DNA of 64,000 nt from NCBI GenBank assembly GCA_024704765.1, contig JAKMXF010000309.1:186001-250000 (forward strand). The letters run 5' to 3'. The position numbers and the translations under genes were made by a program. Positions within the stretch are counted from its first letter, which is position 1, and each line of letters opens with the position of its first letter. This DNA comes from Oopsacas minuta (Eukaryota > Animalia > Porifera). Below are positions 1 through 12,421 of this stretch, in pieces. The notes under the pieces were generated by a model, which had not been told where the DNA came from, did no database searches, and was given only the letters and a program-made list of their open reading frames with translations.

Positions 1-1
1 A

Positions 2-1429
2 GAATAATATGCATAACATGACCGAACCACTGGTCAGGAAGGTAATGAAATAATGATGGTTCTGTACACCAATACAGTTGTCAACCCACGGACAATGATG
101 GTCAAATTTGGCTACACAATGGTTACAAACAGGGCAGTGCTTTGATCGTAATGGTTTTCGTATTAGACAGGTTGTACAGAAATTTGAATACTTGAATTCG
201 TTCGCTTCACACATCTGGATCACCTCAGCATATGGATCACTTTTTGATGCATGAATTATCCCAGGCGAACTCGTAGTTGATTTATAAAAGGACCACAACA
301 TTATCACAGAAGTTGTCCATATCGTGAGTTGCCATGGCAACGTGATTGCTATGCCATTAGCAAATCCGTAAAAGAATGTTGTGAAATATGCGTAGAATAT
401 GTAACTAGCAACGAATGAAACAAAGTATGGGAAATGTGGATAAACTGTGGGTAAAAGTAGGCTTGCAGTGAAGCATGTAAAACCGGAAATTAAGAAGAAA
501 AACGCGAAGAATAACAGTAATTGTGTTGACATACTTGCTACGTATCCGACACTACCAATAAATAGAAACGGCAATAAACACATAAAATTTCGTGCGAAAG
601 TTGGATTTTTTGTGATACGCTTGAAGAGGGTTGATTTGTCTTGAAATTTTATTCGCTTTTGAATTCCATCTATAACTGCCAAATGTTTGAACTCAAAAGC
701 ATAGTCCAATGCATTTTGATTCTCTTCATTATACACGTGTAATGAAGCTTTTCCCGTTTCAATAAGAACTTCTATTGCAAGATGGTTTGCTAGCCGAATT
801 GCATGGTGTAATGCAGTGTTACCATGGATGTCTTTCTCATTTACAGGTGAACCGAGTTTAACTAATAACCGTGTGGGATCGTAGCCGAACGAACGCGACA
901 CGCCTAATATCAAAGGGGTCTGACCACTCACATCCTTTGAATCGAGTAATTCCGGCACTTTGGCGCCTAAATACGCGATTATATCAATGAAAGAGAACTG
1001 AGAAGCAACATGCAAGCTATTCTTCCCTTCTATATCAGCTGATCCAGCATTTGCACCATATTTTAACAGTAAAACTACCATTTTTAGATGTCCCTCCCTC
1101 GTAGCCCAATGTAACGGCGATGCGTGTAATTGTCCACCTACTGCGTTGACGTCAGCACCTTTGTGTATGAAATATTCCGCGATTTCAATGCGGTTATTAA
1201 TAGCAGCCCAATGGAGTAATGTTATACCCTCAGCATCACCAATAGTTACATCAACTCGTTGTTTTTCTATTATATCAGCACACCTTATTAGATATCCGTA
1301 TTGAGTTGCTTGGATTATATCCATAGTTGCTGGATCAGGTTTTTGAGGAGGAGGTGGGGGCTTTGAGGTTGTTGGCTTTGGAAGGGAATCGTCATCAGAT
1401 TGGTGTGTGTCTGTTTGATCATCAGACAT
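2..1429 (-). CDS. ZDHHC17: Ankyrin-repeat DHHC palmitoyltransferase, ZDHHC17/13 (HIP14) family; 3' end runs off the window
   Basis: Absent from the ORF track because no stop falls in the window. Manual translation from ATG 1429 is open to the edge: MSDDQ...[10 protein letters not shown], ankyrin repeats ([30 protein letters not shown]), TM helices, then [31 protein letters not shown]. Confidence 0.92.
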   Translation of the reverse strand, partial: MSDDQTDTHQSDDDSLPKPTTSKPPPPPQKPDPATMDIIQATQYGYLIRCADIIEKQRVDVTIGDAEGITLLHWAAINNRIEIAEYFIHKGADVNAVGGQLHASPLHWATREGHLKMVVLLLKYGANAGSADIEGKNSLHVASQFSFIDIIAYLGAKVPELLDSKDVSGQTPLILGVSRSFGYDPTRLLVKLGSPVNEKDIHGNTALHHAIRLANHLAIEVLIETGKASLHVYNEENQNALDYAFEFKHLAVIDGIQKRIKFQDKSTLFKRITKNPTFARNFMCLLPFLFIGSVGYVASMSTQLLLFFAFFFLISGFTCFTASLLLPTVYPHFPYFVSFVASYIFYAYFTTFFYGFANGIAITLPWQLTIWTTSVIMLWSFYKSTTSSPGIIHASKSDPYAEVIQMCEANEFKYSNFCTTCLIRKPLRSKHCPVCNHCVAKFDHHCPWVDNCIGVQNHHYFITFLTSGSVMLCILF

Positions 1430-1725
1430 TTGGAAATTTTGTCAATATAGCTCTAATTAGTTTGATAAATACAGTAGAATGGTTAGTACTTACTATTCTC
1501 CAAAACGAAGTATCAATCCTACACTAATTTGTATGGGAAGAAAATTGGATAAGACGTAATTTTCGTTTCCCGTGCGGGTACGTCTTTTCCGAGTGGACGT
1601 CGTACATCGTCCATGCCATCAAGGCATCTCCCTATCCCCCTTGGATACGCCCTGATATTGAACGTTTTGGTAAATCAGATAAGAAATGTACCATTAACAA
1701 ACATGTAAAATTGAAGACAAACAAA

Positions 1726-2094
1726 TCAATTCTTCACACTAGAATCTCTACTCCGATACCTTATTCCAGCATCCCTTAATTCTTCAACTTTTGTACTCGG
1801 TAATTCACCTGTCACAGATATCGCATAACAACCTGGTACGAATCCCTCCAAACGTTTCCACTTACCAACCCAACTGTCCTTCGGTGACATTAATGAGATA
1901 ATCCCATCATATGTATTACTAGTGAAATCATCAACCAATGCTTTGTTTTTACGCATTTTGAGTAAATGTTCACAATTATCACATCCATAGTATAGGAAAT
2001 GATCAATAGGCTTCACGAGGGAGCAGAGTTTGCAGGCTCGGAGGTTACGGAGTTCACGGGGTATTATCTCAGAATTTAGTTCTCCAGTTTCCAT
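1726..2094 (-). CDS. SUPT4H1: Transcription elongation factor SPT4
   Basis: LRACKLCSLVK...GCDNC zinc finger, YDGIISLMSPKDSWVGKW, PGCYAISVTGELP, YRSRD; single exon, 122 aa. Confidence 0.97.
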   Translation of the reverse strand: METGELNSEIIPRELRNLRACKLCSLVKPIDHFLYYGCDNCEHLLKMRKNKALVDDFTSNTYDGIISLMSPKDSWVGKWKRLEGFVPGCYAISVTGELPSTKVEELRDAGIRYRSRDSSVKN

Positions 2095-2548
2095 AGCTAG
2101 CTACGTCGTAATTTAATCATAACATACAGTTAGCTCCCGTTATATGAAAGCTCAAAGGACAACGGTTATAACTTCGAGATAAGCGATGAATATTATGGTA
2201 ATTTGAGGATTTGGAACCATCTTTGCATAATTTTAGACTTCGATCTAACGAGATGAAATTTGACCTATTGCATGAATACGGCATGAACCATGAACTTTTG
2301 TCAAAAGGCACGAACCATGAACTTTGGCAATAAAACTTTTGGCTTGTGAGAAGAACTCAACATAACATTTAATAGTGTATAGTATGGATGGCATGAAGAT
2401 TTTGGCAACTAATATGATAACTCTGTTTTCTGGTCAGGTGAACCGATTAAGCAGAGGCTAATACATATACTTAGTAATAGTACTTTATAACACAAAATAA
2501 GGTACGTAAAAACACATAAATGCATTCATGAAATTTTCGAAGGATGTA

Positions 2549-2670
2549 CAGTATACTCTGGTTATAAAGAAGTGCTTGGGACCTCGGTTCCTTCCATTGT
2601 AAGTGGGTAAATCAATTACTTTTAAGTGATATGGAGTGAAGTATCACTTCCTTATAACAGGAGTTGACTG
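2549..2670. mobile_element. Pogo/Tigger-type MITE (CAGT...ACTG termini, TA target duplication)
   Basis: Left cagtatactctggttataa versus reverse complement of the right end cagtcaactcctgttataa; TA on both flanks. Confidence 0.7.
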
Positions 2671-2819
2671 TAGTCTCAATAAACAACTCGAGTCATTTTT
2701 ATGCTAGTACTGCTTCGAGCCCCAAATATATAAACTTAACAAATAAAGACAATATTAAGTGTGAAACTTCGAATTCTTGAAAATTTGTAAGTAATTGATG
2801 AATGAATGAATTGCTAGAA

Positions 2820-3302
2820 TTATTCAAAACTAAGAACCTCAGTAATCTTATGAGATATCATAGTCTTTTCATCACTAAATTTGATATCAGCTGTAAATAA
2901 TTTCCCAGCAAACATAACAGGATACCATATGGCGTCATCAGGCCACATCTCCTTATATGGAATATCAGATATATTGTACCATTTGGGGAGCATCTCTTCA
3001 CTCTCTATTATTTCCCCTTCAAAAGTTGAGGTTTTGAAAACATGAATTTCTAAATCAGTATATTTACCCATATCCTTTTCAAACTGGAAATTTAAAATAG
3101 CAACTTTTTCTAAGTTATTCCCAATCAGTCCACTCTCTTCTTGCAATTCTCTAACTGCTCCCTGTATGATGGTCTCTCCATCTGCGAGGTTAACTTTACC
3201 GCCAAATCCATTCCACAAGCCTTGTCCGAATCCTCTCTTCTTCAGGCCAAGCAATACTTGTCCCTCTCTTAATACAAAAACAAGAGTTAGTATTAGAGGC
3301 AT
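2820..3302 (-). CDS. NUDT1: Oxidized purine nucleoside triphosphatase (MTH1)
   Basis: LLGLKKRGFGQGLWNGFGGKV, Nudix box GETIIQGAVRELQEESGL, EEMLPKWY, MWPDDAIWYP; single exon. Confidence 0.95.
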   Translation of the reverse strand: MPLILTLVFVLREGQVLLGLKKRGFGQGLWNGFGGKVNLADGETIIQGAVRELQEESGLIGNNLEKVAILNFQFEKDMGKYTDLEIHVFKTSTFEGEIIESEEMLPKWYNISDIPYKEMWPDDAIWYPVMFAGKLFTADIKFSDEKTMISHKITEVLSFE

Positions 3303-3604
3303 ATTTAATACTTTACTAACTTGAGAGCTAAAATATAGAAAGGCGAATTAATAAACAAAATTTTCGGATTGTTGTAAAAATCAGTTTTCAACATTATCAG
3401 TATTGCCAGACGATGTGCCCAAAAATTTCATAACACAACTAGAAAAGTTGATAGTTCATGCCATGCAATCTCGCCATAGGTAAAAAGTGCATGCCTAACT
3501 TCTTTGTTCATGCCAGCCTAAAAGTCGTCCTAAACCAAAAATGAATTTTGTTCATACTCTACCAACACTGAGTCAAAATATAATGGGTGAGTGATTGTAA
3601 ATAT

Positions 3605-3910
3605 AAAACTGACGAGCTGCTTCGCTTGCTCGCGCTACGCGGCACGAGACTCGGTATCTCGAAATTAGCAAAGTATAAAATTGCAAAATTGAATTAATAA
3701 ATAAATATTCACAATATGTTGTTCACAATATCATATTCGGAATCAGCATACTCAATTACTACGTTGGGCTGTTGTTGTTGTTGTTATGTTGTTGTTATGT
3801 TGTGTAATATTTGGTTCTGGACTTTATGAACAGAACCTATATGTTTACGATATGGGAGCGTGACAGACACACTGACACACATACACAAATTGAGATTTAA
3901 TAATATAGAT
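3605..3910 (+). repeat. Possible non-autonomous Helitron-like repeat with internal (TTG)n tract
   Basis: cttcgcttgctcgcgctacgcg hairpin-type motif, a ttg microsatellite and a CA-rich end closing in aatatagat; assigned by resemblance only. Confidence 0.3.
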
Positions 3911-4248
3911 ATTATCAGTTTTCTAATTACTATCACTCTACCCATCATATTTTGTAACAGTAAAAGAAAGTAGCAGAAAGAGATTTCTTAGCACAAAACG
4001 TTGTCAAATTGATGATTTGAGGCTTTATCCATTCATTGCTATGCCATATTTGAAAACATAATTTTGTAAACGTATCCTTTAGCGAGCAAATGCCTAAGAT
4101 AACGCATCCATATATATATGTGCGCAACAATTGTAAACTTCCAATGATTTTGTAATTGGATATTATTACCAACCCATAATATTTATGTCGAGAAAGGTGT
4201 GTAACTCCAAATCACAGAATTAAGTCCCTATTCCCAACTCAATAACAA

Positions 4249-5997
4249 ATGGCTGCCTTATTCGCATTGTTATTCGCATTTCAAATTGTATTTTCGCATT
4301 GCGTGCCTCTTACCTGGCGAGAAATACCAGCTACAAGTGCTTCTTCACCTCCACCCTTAGAATTACCTGGGATAGGTTATTACGCTGCTCTTAATCAGAT
4401 TATCGTATTTGGAGGCCGTGGGGAAAACGGGAACACAAACACTTTATGGATATGCACTCTACAAAACACCGGAAATAACACTGAGGAATGTAATTGGCTG
4501 CGTGTGCCAACGTCGAATCCCCCTGCTAGAAGGTTTTCAATGGTAGCGGGGGTTTATGAAAAAGGAGGACTATTTATAATATCAACTGGAGAAGGTTCTG
4601 GGAGAACACATTTTAATGATATTTGGTATTTTGATTTGAATGGTGGAAATCGTTGGGAAGAGGTTGAAGTTCAGGGTGTACGGCCTTCTGTGCGTTACGG
4701 GGCTGTCGGTGGAATTCACCATGAAGGAGATATTTTCGCAGTTTCGCATGGTTTCGCTAGCTCAGTGCGTACGTCAGACACATTCTTTATGAATGTAAGT
4801 GAGTTAACCAATAGTAATGGTGTTATGAATTGGCGACTTGCGGCAGGGCCATTTAGTTCGTATGAGTTGACTGGGCCGCATCCAAGGTGTCTCGCTGCGG
4901 GTACTATGATTACCCCTACTGTGTTGGTTATGTACGGAGGGTGTCTTAATACACCATTGTTGGGGGCAGGTGGACCATGTCCTAGTTTCGATTCTTGGAA
5001 ATTAGATTTCACCACAGGCCAATGGATCCGTTTACCGAATTGTGTCAGTCCTCGGCTTTTCGTTGCGATGTCGTATTTACCGAATGAAACGGCGGTACTT
5101 TTCGCAGGAAATACTCTCGGGTTAAGAGTGCCGACTGTGGGGAGCGGACCGATTATCCCAGAAGAAGTTGATGTACTTGATTTGAATAGTGATTTCGTTT
5201 GGACACGGAGAAGAGCTGAACAAATTTCTGGGAATATCCCAGTTTGGAGAGAAAGACACTCAATGACCAGTGGCAATGGTAAAGTTTACATGTTTGGCGG
5301 CGAAGACTTTTCGACTGAAGAGTTATTAAATGATCTTTGGAGCATCGAGGGGAAATTTAGCGAAAATGTTGATATAGGTTGTCCAAATCATTTCTTCTCG
5401 ATTTCAATGATGCATGGTTTACTCATGTTTTTAGGCTGGGGTGTTTTTCTACAGCTGGGTGCCTTTATTGCTCGCTATCTCCGATTCAGAGCGCCACTAT
5501 GGTTTCATTTACATAGAATTTTTCAAGTGACTGGACTTGGAATCGCGATTATTGGGTTCATTCTTGCGTTTTTCCAAACTAGCTTTCCATTATTTTGGCA
5601 TGCTGCTATCGGTATTATCATTATGATAATTGGTATTCAGCAGCCAATTAATGGAATATTTCGTCCACATATTGAACCAGGCAAAAAGCCAACAATCAAA
5701 AGGCTAATTTGGTCGTATTTCCACATATACGCTGGAAGATTTGCACTACTCCTTGCTATTATTAATATTACACTTGGTCTGTTTTTAATACTAGCTCCTG
5801 ATTACATTTGGGGCATTTGGTTCGCAATGTTAATCTCATATGCAATTCTTTACATCGTATTTGAAATTATAAAACAGTATTACGACTATCAAAAGCGAAA
5901 GCAAGCCAAAGGCGAGAAAGTTGATAGTATTATTGAAGTTGTAACTATGGAACCTCAAGATCAATCAGCAGGGGAGGATGTGAAAGTAGAAATTTAG
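4249..5997 (+). CDS. Signal peptide + kelch beta-propeller + cytochrome b561 domain protein
   Basis: N-terminal signal peptide; kelch repeats (IIVFGGRG, FNDIWYFD, PSVRYGAVG, VYMFGGED..LNDLW); C-terminal TM domain with four haem-ligand-type His (MMHGLLM, WFHLHRIFQ, FWHAAIG, YFHIYAGR). Confidence 0.85.
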   Translation: MAALFALLFAFQIVFSHCVPLTWREIPATSASSPPPLELPGIGYYAALNQIIVFGGRGENGNTNTLWICTLQNTGNNTEECNWLRVPTSNPPARRFSMVAGVYEKGGLFIISTGEGSGRTHFNDIWYFDLNGGNRWEEVEVQGVRPSVRYGAVGGIHHEGDIFAVSHGFASSVRTSDTFFMNVSELTNSNGVMNWRLAAGPFSSYELTGPHPRCLAAGTMITPTVLVMYGGCLNTPLLGAGGPCPSFDSWKLDFTTGQWIRLPNCVSPRLFVAMSYLPNETAVLFAGNTLGLRVPTVGSGPIIPEEVDVLDLNSDFVWTRRRAEQISGNIPVWRERHSMTSGNGKVYMFGGEDFSTEELLNDLWSIEGKFSENVDIGCPNHFFSISMMHGLLMFLGWGVFLQLGAFIARYLRFRAPLWFHLHRIFQVTGLGIAIIGFILAFFQTSFPLFWHAAIGIIIMIIGIQQPINGIFRPHIEPGKKPTIKRLIWSYFHIYAGRFALLLAIINITLGLFLILAPDYIWGIWFAMLISYAILYIVFEIIKQYYDYQKRKQAKGEKVDSIIEVVTMEPQDQSAGEDVKVEI

Positions 5998-6471
5998 ATT
6001 AGATTTATCATAAGTTATCATACGTCAATATATGTATATTTAGGAAGTATTAACACTTAAAATTCATATTTACACGAGTAGAATTTGTTTTAGATGGTTG
6101 TTATTTCACAGTAATTGTCCATACTTCAATCTGTACTTATTGTAAATTCGGAGGTTGCCTTGATTACTCAACTGCCTGTTTCCTCTAATATAAAGCCAAT
6201 TTATACAAGAGTGGGGTTAAAGTCACAAATTTAATTATTGACTAGCAAAACCTCGTCAATAAATCGTAGGGCCAGGATTTTGTACAAATATTTGGTCGTC
6301 TTATCTGTAATTCATTCCGCTTGTATATCAATAATAATAAGCTTGTATGTACTTGTAATAGACTTCACATACGCTTGGTTAAACTTAAGATGCATTTGGG
6401 TGGGTATAAATTACACTAGTTTATATGTATTGACCAGTTACAACAATTTACATGTGTATTCACACACAATA

Positions 6472-9012
6472 ATGAGATTATTAATATGCATTTTTGCTTT
6501 ATATATTGCGATTCAAACTACCAAATGTAATTGCCCAAATTCATGCGGAACTAACCGGACGAAAATATGTCCAATAGATGCCAGTTATCGTTGTGTTGAT
6601 GGTTGTGAATATTGTTTTTGTGAGCCAGGTTCAAAGTATTCGTCAAAGTTGAATAAGTGTGTTGATATCAATGAATGCAGTGTTGAAGAACTAGTTGACC
6701 TTTGTACCTTTGACAGACCGTCTGACCCAGGTCTTTGCGGTGAAAATTACACTTGTACTCTGTCCTTTATTAACTGTTCAACTGCTTCAAATCCAGTCTG
6801 TGGTAATAGTAATTGTAAAAACTTGGATGGTGGCTATGTGTGTTATTGTCCGGACAACTTGATTCTTATAGAAGGAGAGAATGGGTATACTTGCCAGCAG
6901 GTAGTATGTGAAAATGGTGAATTGGTTGGATCTGATAATAAATGCCATCCAAATCCTTGTCATGATAACAAATGCATGGGTAATGGAAAATGCGAATTTA
7001 TAGATCCACCGAAATTCTATTGCAGATGTGATACAGGATATTCTGGGGAGAATTGTGGAAATAAAAAGTGTCCAGATGAGATAGAAATGTTCTTTGAGGA
7101 TGAAGTAGAGGAGAGAAGAGAAGATTGGGGAAGTAGCACAAATTAATTGTGGACACTTTAATTCGATGTTTATCGGCCTAGCAACCAGAAGATGCACTTG
7201 GAATTCAACCTGGGGTGCATCTGACTACTCGCAATGCATACGAGATAGGTTTAATACATTATATGGAAATATTATTGAATTGCAAGACAATATAAATGAC
7301 GTCATAAAAGAACCGCTGAAAAATTCGCTCTTATTCCCAGGAGAAATTATCGTCATGAATAATGCACTTCAATTGTTAATATACATATACGCTGACATAC
7401 AAAAAGTTGGGAAAAATATTCAGAAGCAGAAAATATAGCAAGCAAAGATACGCCGAAAATTGTAGTAGATGTAGGTTCGTATTTATTGAGTAGAGCTAAT
7501 CGACAAAGCTGGGAAATGGCAGGGAATAGAACTACATTGACAAGCTTGGTGAGTAATTTCGAGCTATTCTCAATCGTCATTAATCAATCAGTTCGAATGG
7601 ATAACACAATTTCAATGGAAAATCTAGCACTCTCATACAAACACATTGTTAAGCCATCTTCTAATGATCTTCTATTCCAAATTGATAATTCAAATTATAC
7701 AATAATGAACGTTAAAATCAGTGAGGATTTAATACGTAAGGCAAACGAATCATGTAACGAAATAGTTTTCACTTCAATCATATTCAAAACCATCAAAGAT
7801 TTGATGCCATACGTTAACCTCAATAAATCTGAAGAAATTGGAAACGTCCCTCTAATTAGCGATGTATTGTCTATCAACACGAAAAATTGCATAAATATAA
7901 TCCCACCAAACTCAATACAAATAGAATATACTTTAAAATCAAATGATACAAAGTTTGTTTGCGCTTTTTGGAACTTGACGACAAATACTTGGTCAATACA
8001 AGGGGTTAGAACAAGGATAGAATATCTTAGTTATGGAAACGTAAAGATAATATGCACTCCAACACACCTGACAACTTTCGCGATTCTATTAACATCGAAC
8101 ATACCCACCAAACCGGATATTATACTGCAAACAGCATTATCGTCAGTAGCATGTAGCTTCTCAATAGTAAGTTTACTAGCAAGCTTAATCTGCTTTATAA
8201 CACTATACATACGTACACGGGATTCATCGGAAAATCCATTCAAACAAGATAACATATTCACAATACACATTAATCAGTGTATAGCATTGCTATTCGCTAT
8301 TCTAATTTTCCTGTTTTCATCTTTGGCCATAGGATATAGAGTACCTTGTAGTATAATAGCTGGTATACAGCAATATCTATGGATAAGTGTGTTTGGTTGG
8401 TTCTTATGTGAAAGTATTGCAATCGCATGGAAAATACGCTTTTGGGATCGTGGGCAGAGATTATGGCCATTTTTGGTACCATTGGGATGGGGCCTACCAT
8501 TTCCAGTTGTCATAATAACTGTACCGATTACACACGATTTCTATGTTGATCCTGACTTAGGCTGTTGGGTAACGAATACCTCTCAATTACAATTAATCTC
8601 ATTCATCCTTCCAATTCTTTTGATAATTTCTGTCAACATATTTTTATATATTTACTCATTGGTGATAATACACAGAATTAAAGAGAGGCTCGAATCAGGA
8701 CGGAGAGCACGTAAAATAATTATAGGCTCTTTGATACTGCTGCCACTATCAGCTGTTCCATGGATAATTGGGGTGTTTTATGTCAACAAAGACACAGCTG
8801 TATTCGGCTACATGTTTGTCATCCTAGTCGGTATTCAAGGAGTGTTTTTCTTCATTATACAAGTAGCTAGAAGTACAGTGATACAGGATTATGTGTTTAA
8901 ATGGAAAGATCCAGATGAAGTACATTCTAAATTTGAGAAACTACAGACATTTCAGTCTTCTACTCAGGAATTAGCTATGGAACAGGATGATGAAACTACA
9001 AGCAAACTGTAG
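6472..9012 (+). pseudogene. Adhesion GPCR (EGF repeats-HRM-GAIN/GPS-7TM) interrupted by two frameshifts
   Basis: ATG 6472 MRLLICIFALYIAIQ signal peptide; cbEGF motifs (CVDINEC, CKNLDGGYVCYC). HRM continues in the +1 frame (IGEVAQINCG...GLATRRC...W..SDYSQC) and returns to the original frame near 7390. GPS CAFWN..W..G..CTPTHLTTFAILL, then a secretin-like 7TM. Confidence 0.75.
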
Positions 9013-9545
9013 ATATTGAATAAATACTTTCTGTAATGTTACCTACAAGTATGTCAATAGATAATTCTATATGATGTTTTCAATGTGTGACGATGCAGCC
9101 AAAACTATCTAGATTAAGGCTTGAAAGTTGAAACTTTCATGGTATACGGACAATTACCTTCAGGTGTCCACCAGGGTTGTTTTGGGAATTAAATTTTGAT
9201 TCCTGTCCGATTCTCACAGGTTCCTCTGTGAGAAATCCTATGGGCCTCTTGTGAGAAACTAGGAATTCCGCGAGATTCCCATCGCAAGGAATAATTTCCC
9301 ATGGGACGCACTAATGGTCACAGTTTGAAGACACATTGTATTACTTTTACCACATTTTGACCACTAACAAATACTTTTCATAAATTGGACAAACTTGCAT
9401 GCGAACTTTTAGCTAGATAACTTTTTGATATTTTTTGGTCATAAAGTTTCAATAAAAGAATTCTTACTCGGCCTGAAACAGATAGACACATACCGTAGTT
9501 TAATAACGATTTAACGCATACGAATAATAACAATTAGAATCATAA

Positions 9546-10040
9546 TCAACTATTCTCTGAATTAGAATTCTCATCTTTAGTAATAGAAATATTATTAACT
9601 TCTTCAGGTGTGCGTCTTTGCAAAGCTATAATATTGCTATACATGTCAAATTTGTCCCATTCCTTACGTATGTAAGCGTAACCAGTCAAAGTCACTCCAA
9701 CCAAAATAGGCATTGAATATCTCCAAATTGGTTTTCGTTTACGCACAAGCAAGAAAGTCCCCAGACTTGAAGAAACTCCGATAGCTGATAAGTGGAAGTT
9801 TTCGCTATGCAAAAATGCATTTACTTTCATCCAATGTGTGTTAAATTTCACGAAATTTTGTCTAGCATATTGCGCCAGGTTGAGTGAAGTTCTTTGTACA
9901 GCTTGACGTATATCAGATACATACGGTTGTATAAAGGGAGTTGATTCAGGTTTCATATTATTAGGCTTTGGTAAATCTATGACGTCGTCTGGGTATATAC
10001 TTAGATTTGGTATCGTCTTAACTGGCTTGTTATTTGTCAT
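9546..10040 (-). CDS. MICOS subunit MIC26/MIC27 (apolipoprotein O)-like
   Basis: LSIYP motif, helical segment, then two short hydrophobic segments separated by a basic loop (AIGVSSSLGTFLLVRKRKPIWRYSMPILVG), as in the ApoO family. Confidence 0.6.
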   Translation of the reverse strand: MTNNKPVKTIPNLSIYPDDVIDLPKPNNMKPESTPFIQPYVSDIRQAVQRTSLNLAQYARQNFVKFNTHWMKVNAFLHSENFHLSAIGVSSSLGTFLLVRKRKPIWRYSMPILVGVTLTGYAYIRKEWDKFDMYSNIIALQRRTPEEVNNISITKDENSNSENS

Positions 10041-10513
10041 CTAGTTACCGAAAATCCTAGAAAATACATTAATGAATAGGAAAGCATCCAATTATGTATT
10101 GAGGAATTGAACAAGGTCAAGACCATAAGTCATAACTAGCTTCATATTCTATACTCAAATATTTAATTGTAATAGCATTAAAATTAGCACCCTTAAGGCG
10201 GTCACATGACCCCAATTGGCTCTGGGGAAGGGAGTTGCACACTGCTGCGACAAAAAGAATTATGGAATGTTCTGATACAAGTACATTTAACGATAATAAA
10301 TAATTGATTCACAAAAGAGTAGAACAAGAAAGTATAAATTACACAAAAAGAACAGTAAAATATAAAGATTAGTACTACGAATATATTATATGATATCAGA
10401 AGAGACAAGAGTAGAAGAATGCAGAATGAATAAATGGGAAAGTCAAGAAGATTATAAGTAAACACACAAATTCACACATAGATACTATCATCTGCATTGA
10501 CAGAGATTAAATA

Positions 10514-11743
10514 TCAAAATATCTGTAGACAGTTCTTATCATTATGACACACTACTATAACTCTATTCTGATTGTCTACTGTAACTGCTACTGGATTGCT
10601 AGACACAGGAATCTTGTGAACTAACTTGAATTCAGGGTTGAATATAGAAATAGCGTTAGAAGAAAAATCTGCAATCAGAATGAAGTCAGAATTGTCAATA
10701 AAGAAAGAAAATGGATTAAGGACTTGATTTCCATTTCCTCGAGAAATAACACTCTTCTGGAGTATGAGGTTACGATTGAAAAGATGGATACAAGGATTTG
10801 ATTCATCTAACACGTAAATGTATTCTTTAGAGTGTTTTACATTTAGAGGATGCTTGAGTGTATTTGTACCGAATTCAGTTTTGTAACACAAGTCTTTGGT
10901 AAGTATTTGTACACGATTGTTATTACGGTCACAGATATAAATATCTTCATTTGAATCATCAATTGTTAGACCTCGAGGATGGTAAAATTGAAGTTCTCCA
11001 TTTCCCTGTTTACCAACTTTGGAGATGAACTTTCCATCCAGGTTATAGTTCAGGATACAGTGTGGTTGAGAAATAAGAACTCTATTTCCATAAATAGATA
11101 AACAGTTCGGGTGTTTCATCGCTCCTTCACCTGTACTATCTCTGAATTTGAATAAATACTTAGCAGTACTGTCAAATACCTTAATACAGTTATTCCATGT
11201 ATCTGCTATATAAATATTTCCTGTTTTGTTATCTACAGTAACACCCCATAGATAGTTAAGTTGTTCATTTCCGCTTCCTATGGTACAAACACTCATTAGA
11301 GGTTGTTTCTTGTTTGTATAATCAATTCCGCTTCTCACCAACTTCCCAAACTTCTTTACTTCATCTAACAATTTGTTGTTTTCACAAGTGAAACTAACCA
11401 TTCTAGGTTGTTCAGGAAACTCAATTGATTCAATTTCTGTGTCTAATCGAGTAATCAAATCTTCATGAACACATTTTATAGGAGAAGTGAGTATCTCATT
11501 TTGATGGAAATATTTCAATTTTTCTATAGCAATCTTCTTTTCATTCAGCTTTGTCAATTCACTTTTATAAGACCGATAACAATCCACAATTGTATCTAAG
11601 TCTCTTAACAATTTACTCTCTCTTTCCTTTAGACAGTCGATTAACTCTAAGAATGTACTTTTAATCTTCTCTCTCACTCGATTTACTTCTAACTCGTAGT
11701 TATCTTCTCCAGGTTGTGGTAATATAAGATTAGCTGTAGCCAT
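10514..11743 (-). CDS. Coiled-coil + NHL-repeat protein (TRIM/Brat-like C-terminus without RING or B-box)
   Basis: Likely start MATAN at 11743; coiled coil, then NHL blades (GVTVDNKTGNIYIADTWNNCIKVFD, PRGLTID...IYICDRNNNRVQIL). Confidence 0.88.
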   Translation of the reverse strand: MATANLILPQPGEDNYELEVNRVREKIKSTFLELIDCLKERESKLLRDLDTIVDCYRSYKSELTKLNEKKIAIEKLKYFHQNEILTSPIKCVHEDLITRLDTEIESIEFPEQPRMVSFTCENNKLLDEVKKFGKLVRSGIDYTNKKQPLMSVCTIGSGNEQLNYLWGVTVDNKTGNIYIADTWNNCIKVFDSTAKYLFKFRDSTGEGAMKHPNCLSIYGNRVLISQPHCILNYNLDGKFISKVGKQGNGELQFYHPRGLTIDDSNEDIYICDRNNNRVQILTKDLCYKTEFGTNTLKHPLNVKHSKEYIYVLDESNPCIHLFNRNLILQKSVISRGNGNQVLNPFSFFIDNSDFILIADFSSNAISIFNPEFKLVHKIPVSSNPVAVTVDNQNRVIVVCHNDKNCLQIF

Positions 11744-12421
11744 TATTATTGCTATACAATTCATATTATTCAAATGCATATAAGATCATACAAGGAATCA
11801 AATCACACACAACTAGACATATCAGAGAGAAAATGCAACTAACCAAATACAGCCGGGAAATGTGTGATTTTATGACCACAAAAAGAACTACAATCCAGTT
11901 TTTGGTGCGGGGATTAGTTAAAAAGAGCAGTAAATTTTAATGTTCCTTTTCTTATGACTGTAACACTTCGGCAGTGATCGGTTAAGGATTCTAATTGTAA
12001 TATTTTATGTACGTAATTGCCAGGGAAAAATCCATATACAAGTACAGTAGACCCTCTCTAATCCGAACATTGTTAATACTTTGGGTGATATAATATTTGT
12101 TACATCCCATTAATTGTGGAAGTGAAACTGATCAAGAAAATTCATGTTCACTGCGCTGTATGATTGTGCTTACTGCAAGGATATCGTTATTATTTCAACA
12201 TTTTCACAATATCATTCAGTTAAAATAGTTCCTCTTATAACAATGCCGCGTAAATTCAACTCTCCGTCCACGTACCGAACTATCCGCGTACCGAATTGTC
12301 CATCCCTACAAAAATATATGATTCATCGGCCGAAAATGTATACGCATATGAATAATAAATATACACAAACTGTTTTGACTAATAAAATGGTAAATATAAA
12401 CAATCACACAAAACATACAAA

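Noticed and set aside
4716-5276. 186-aa antisense ORF, and similar overlapping ORFs at 6787, 12571, 16651, 42532, 45033 and 62237-63151
   Set aside because: Opposite-strand or off-frame shadows of well-supported genes, with no recognisable motifs.
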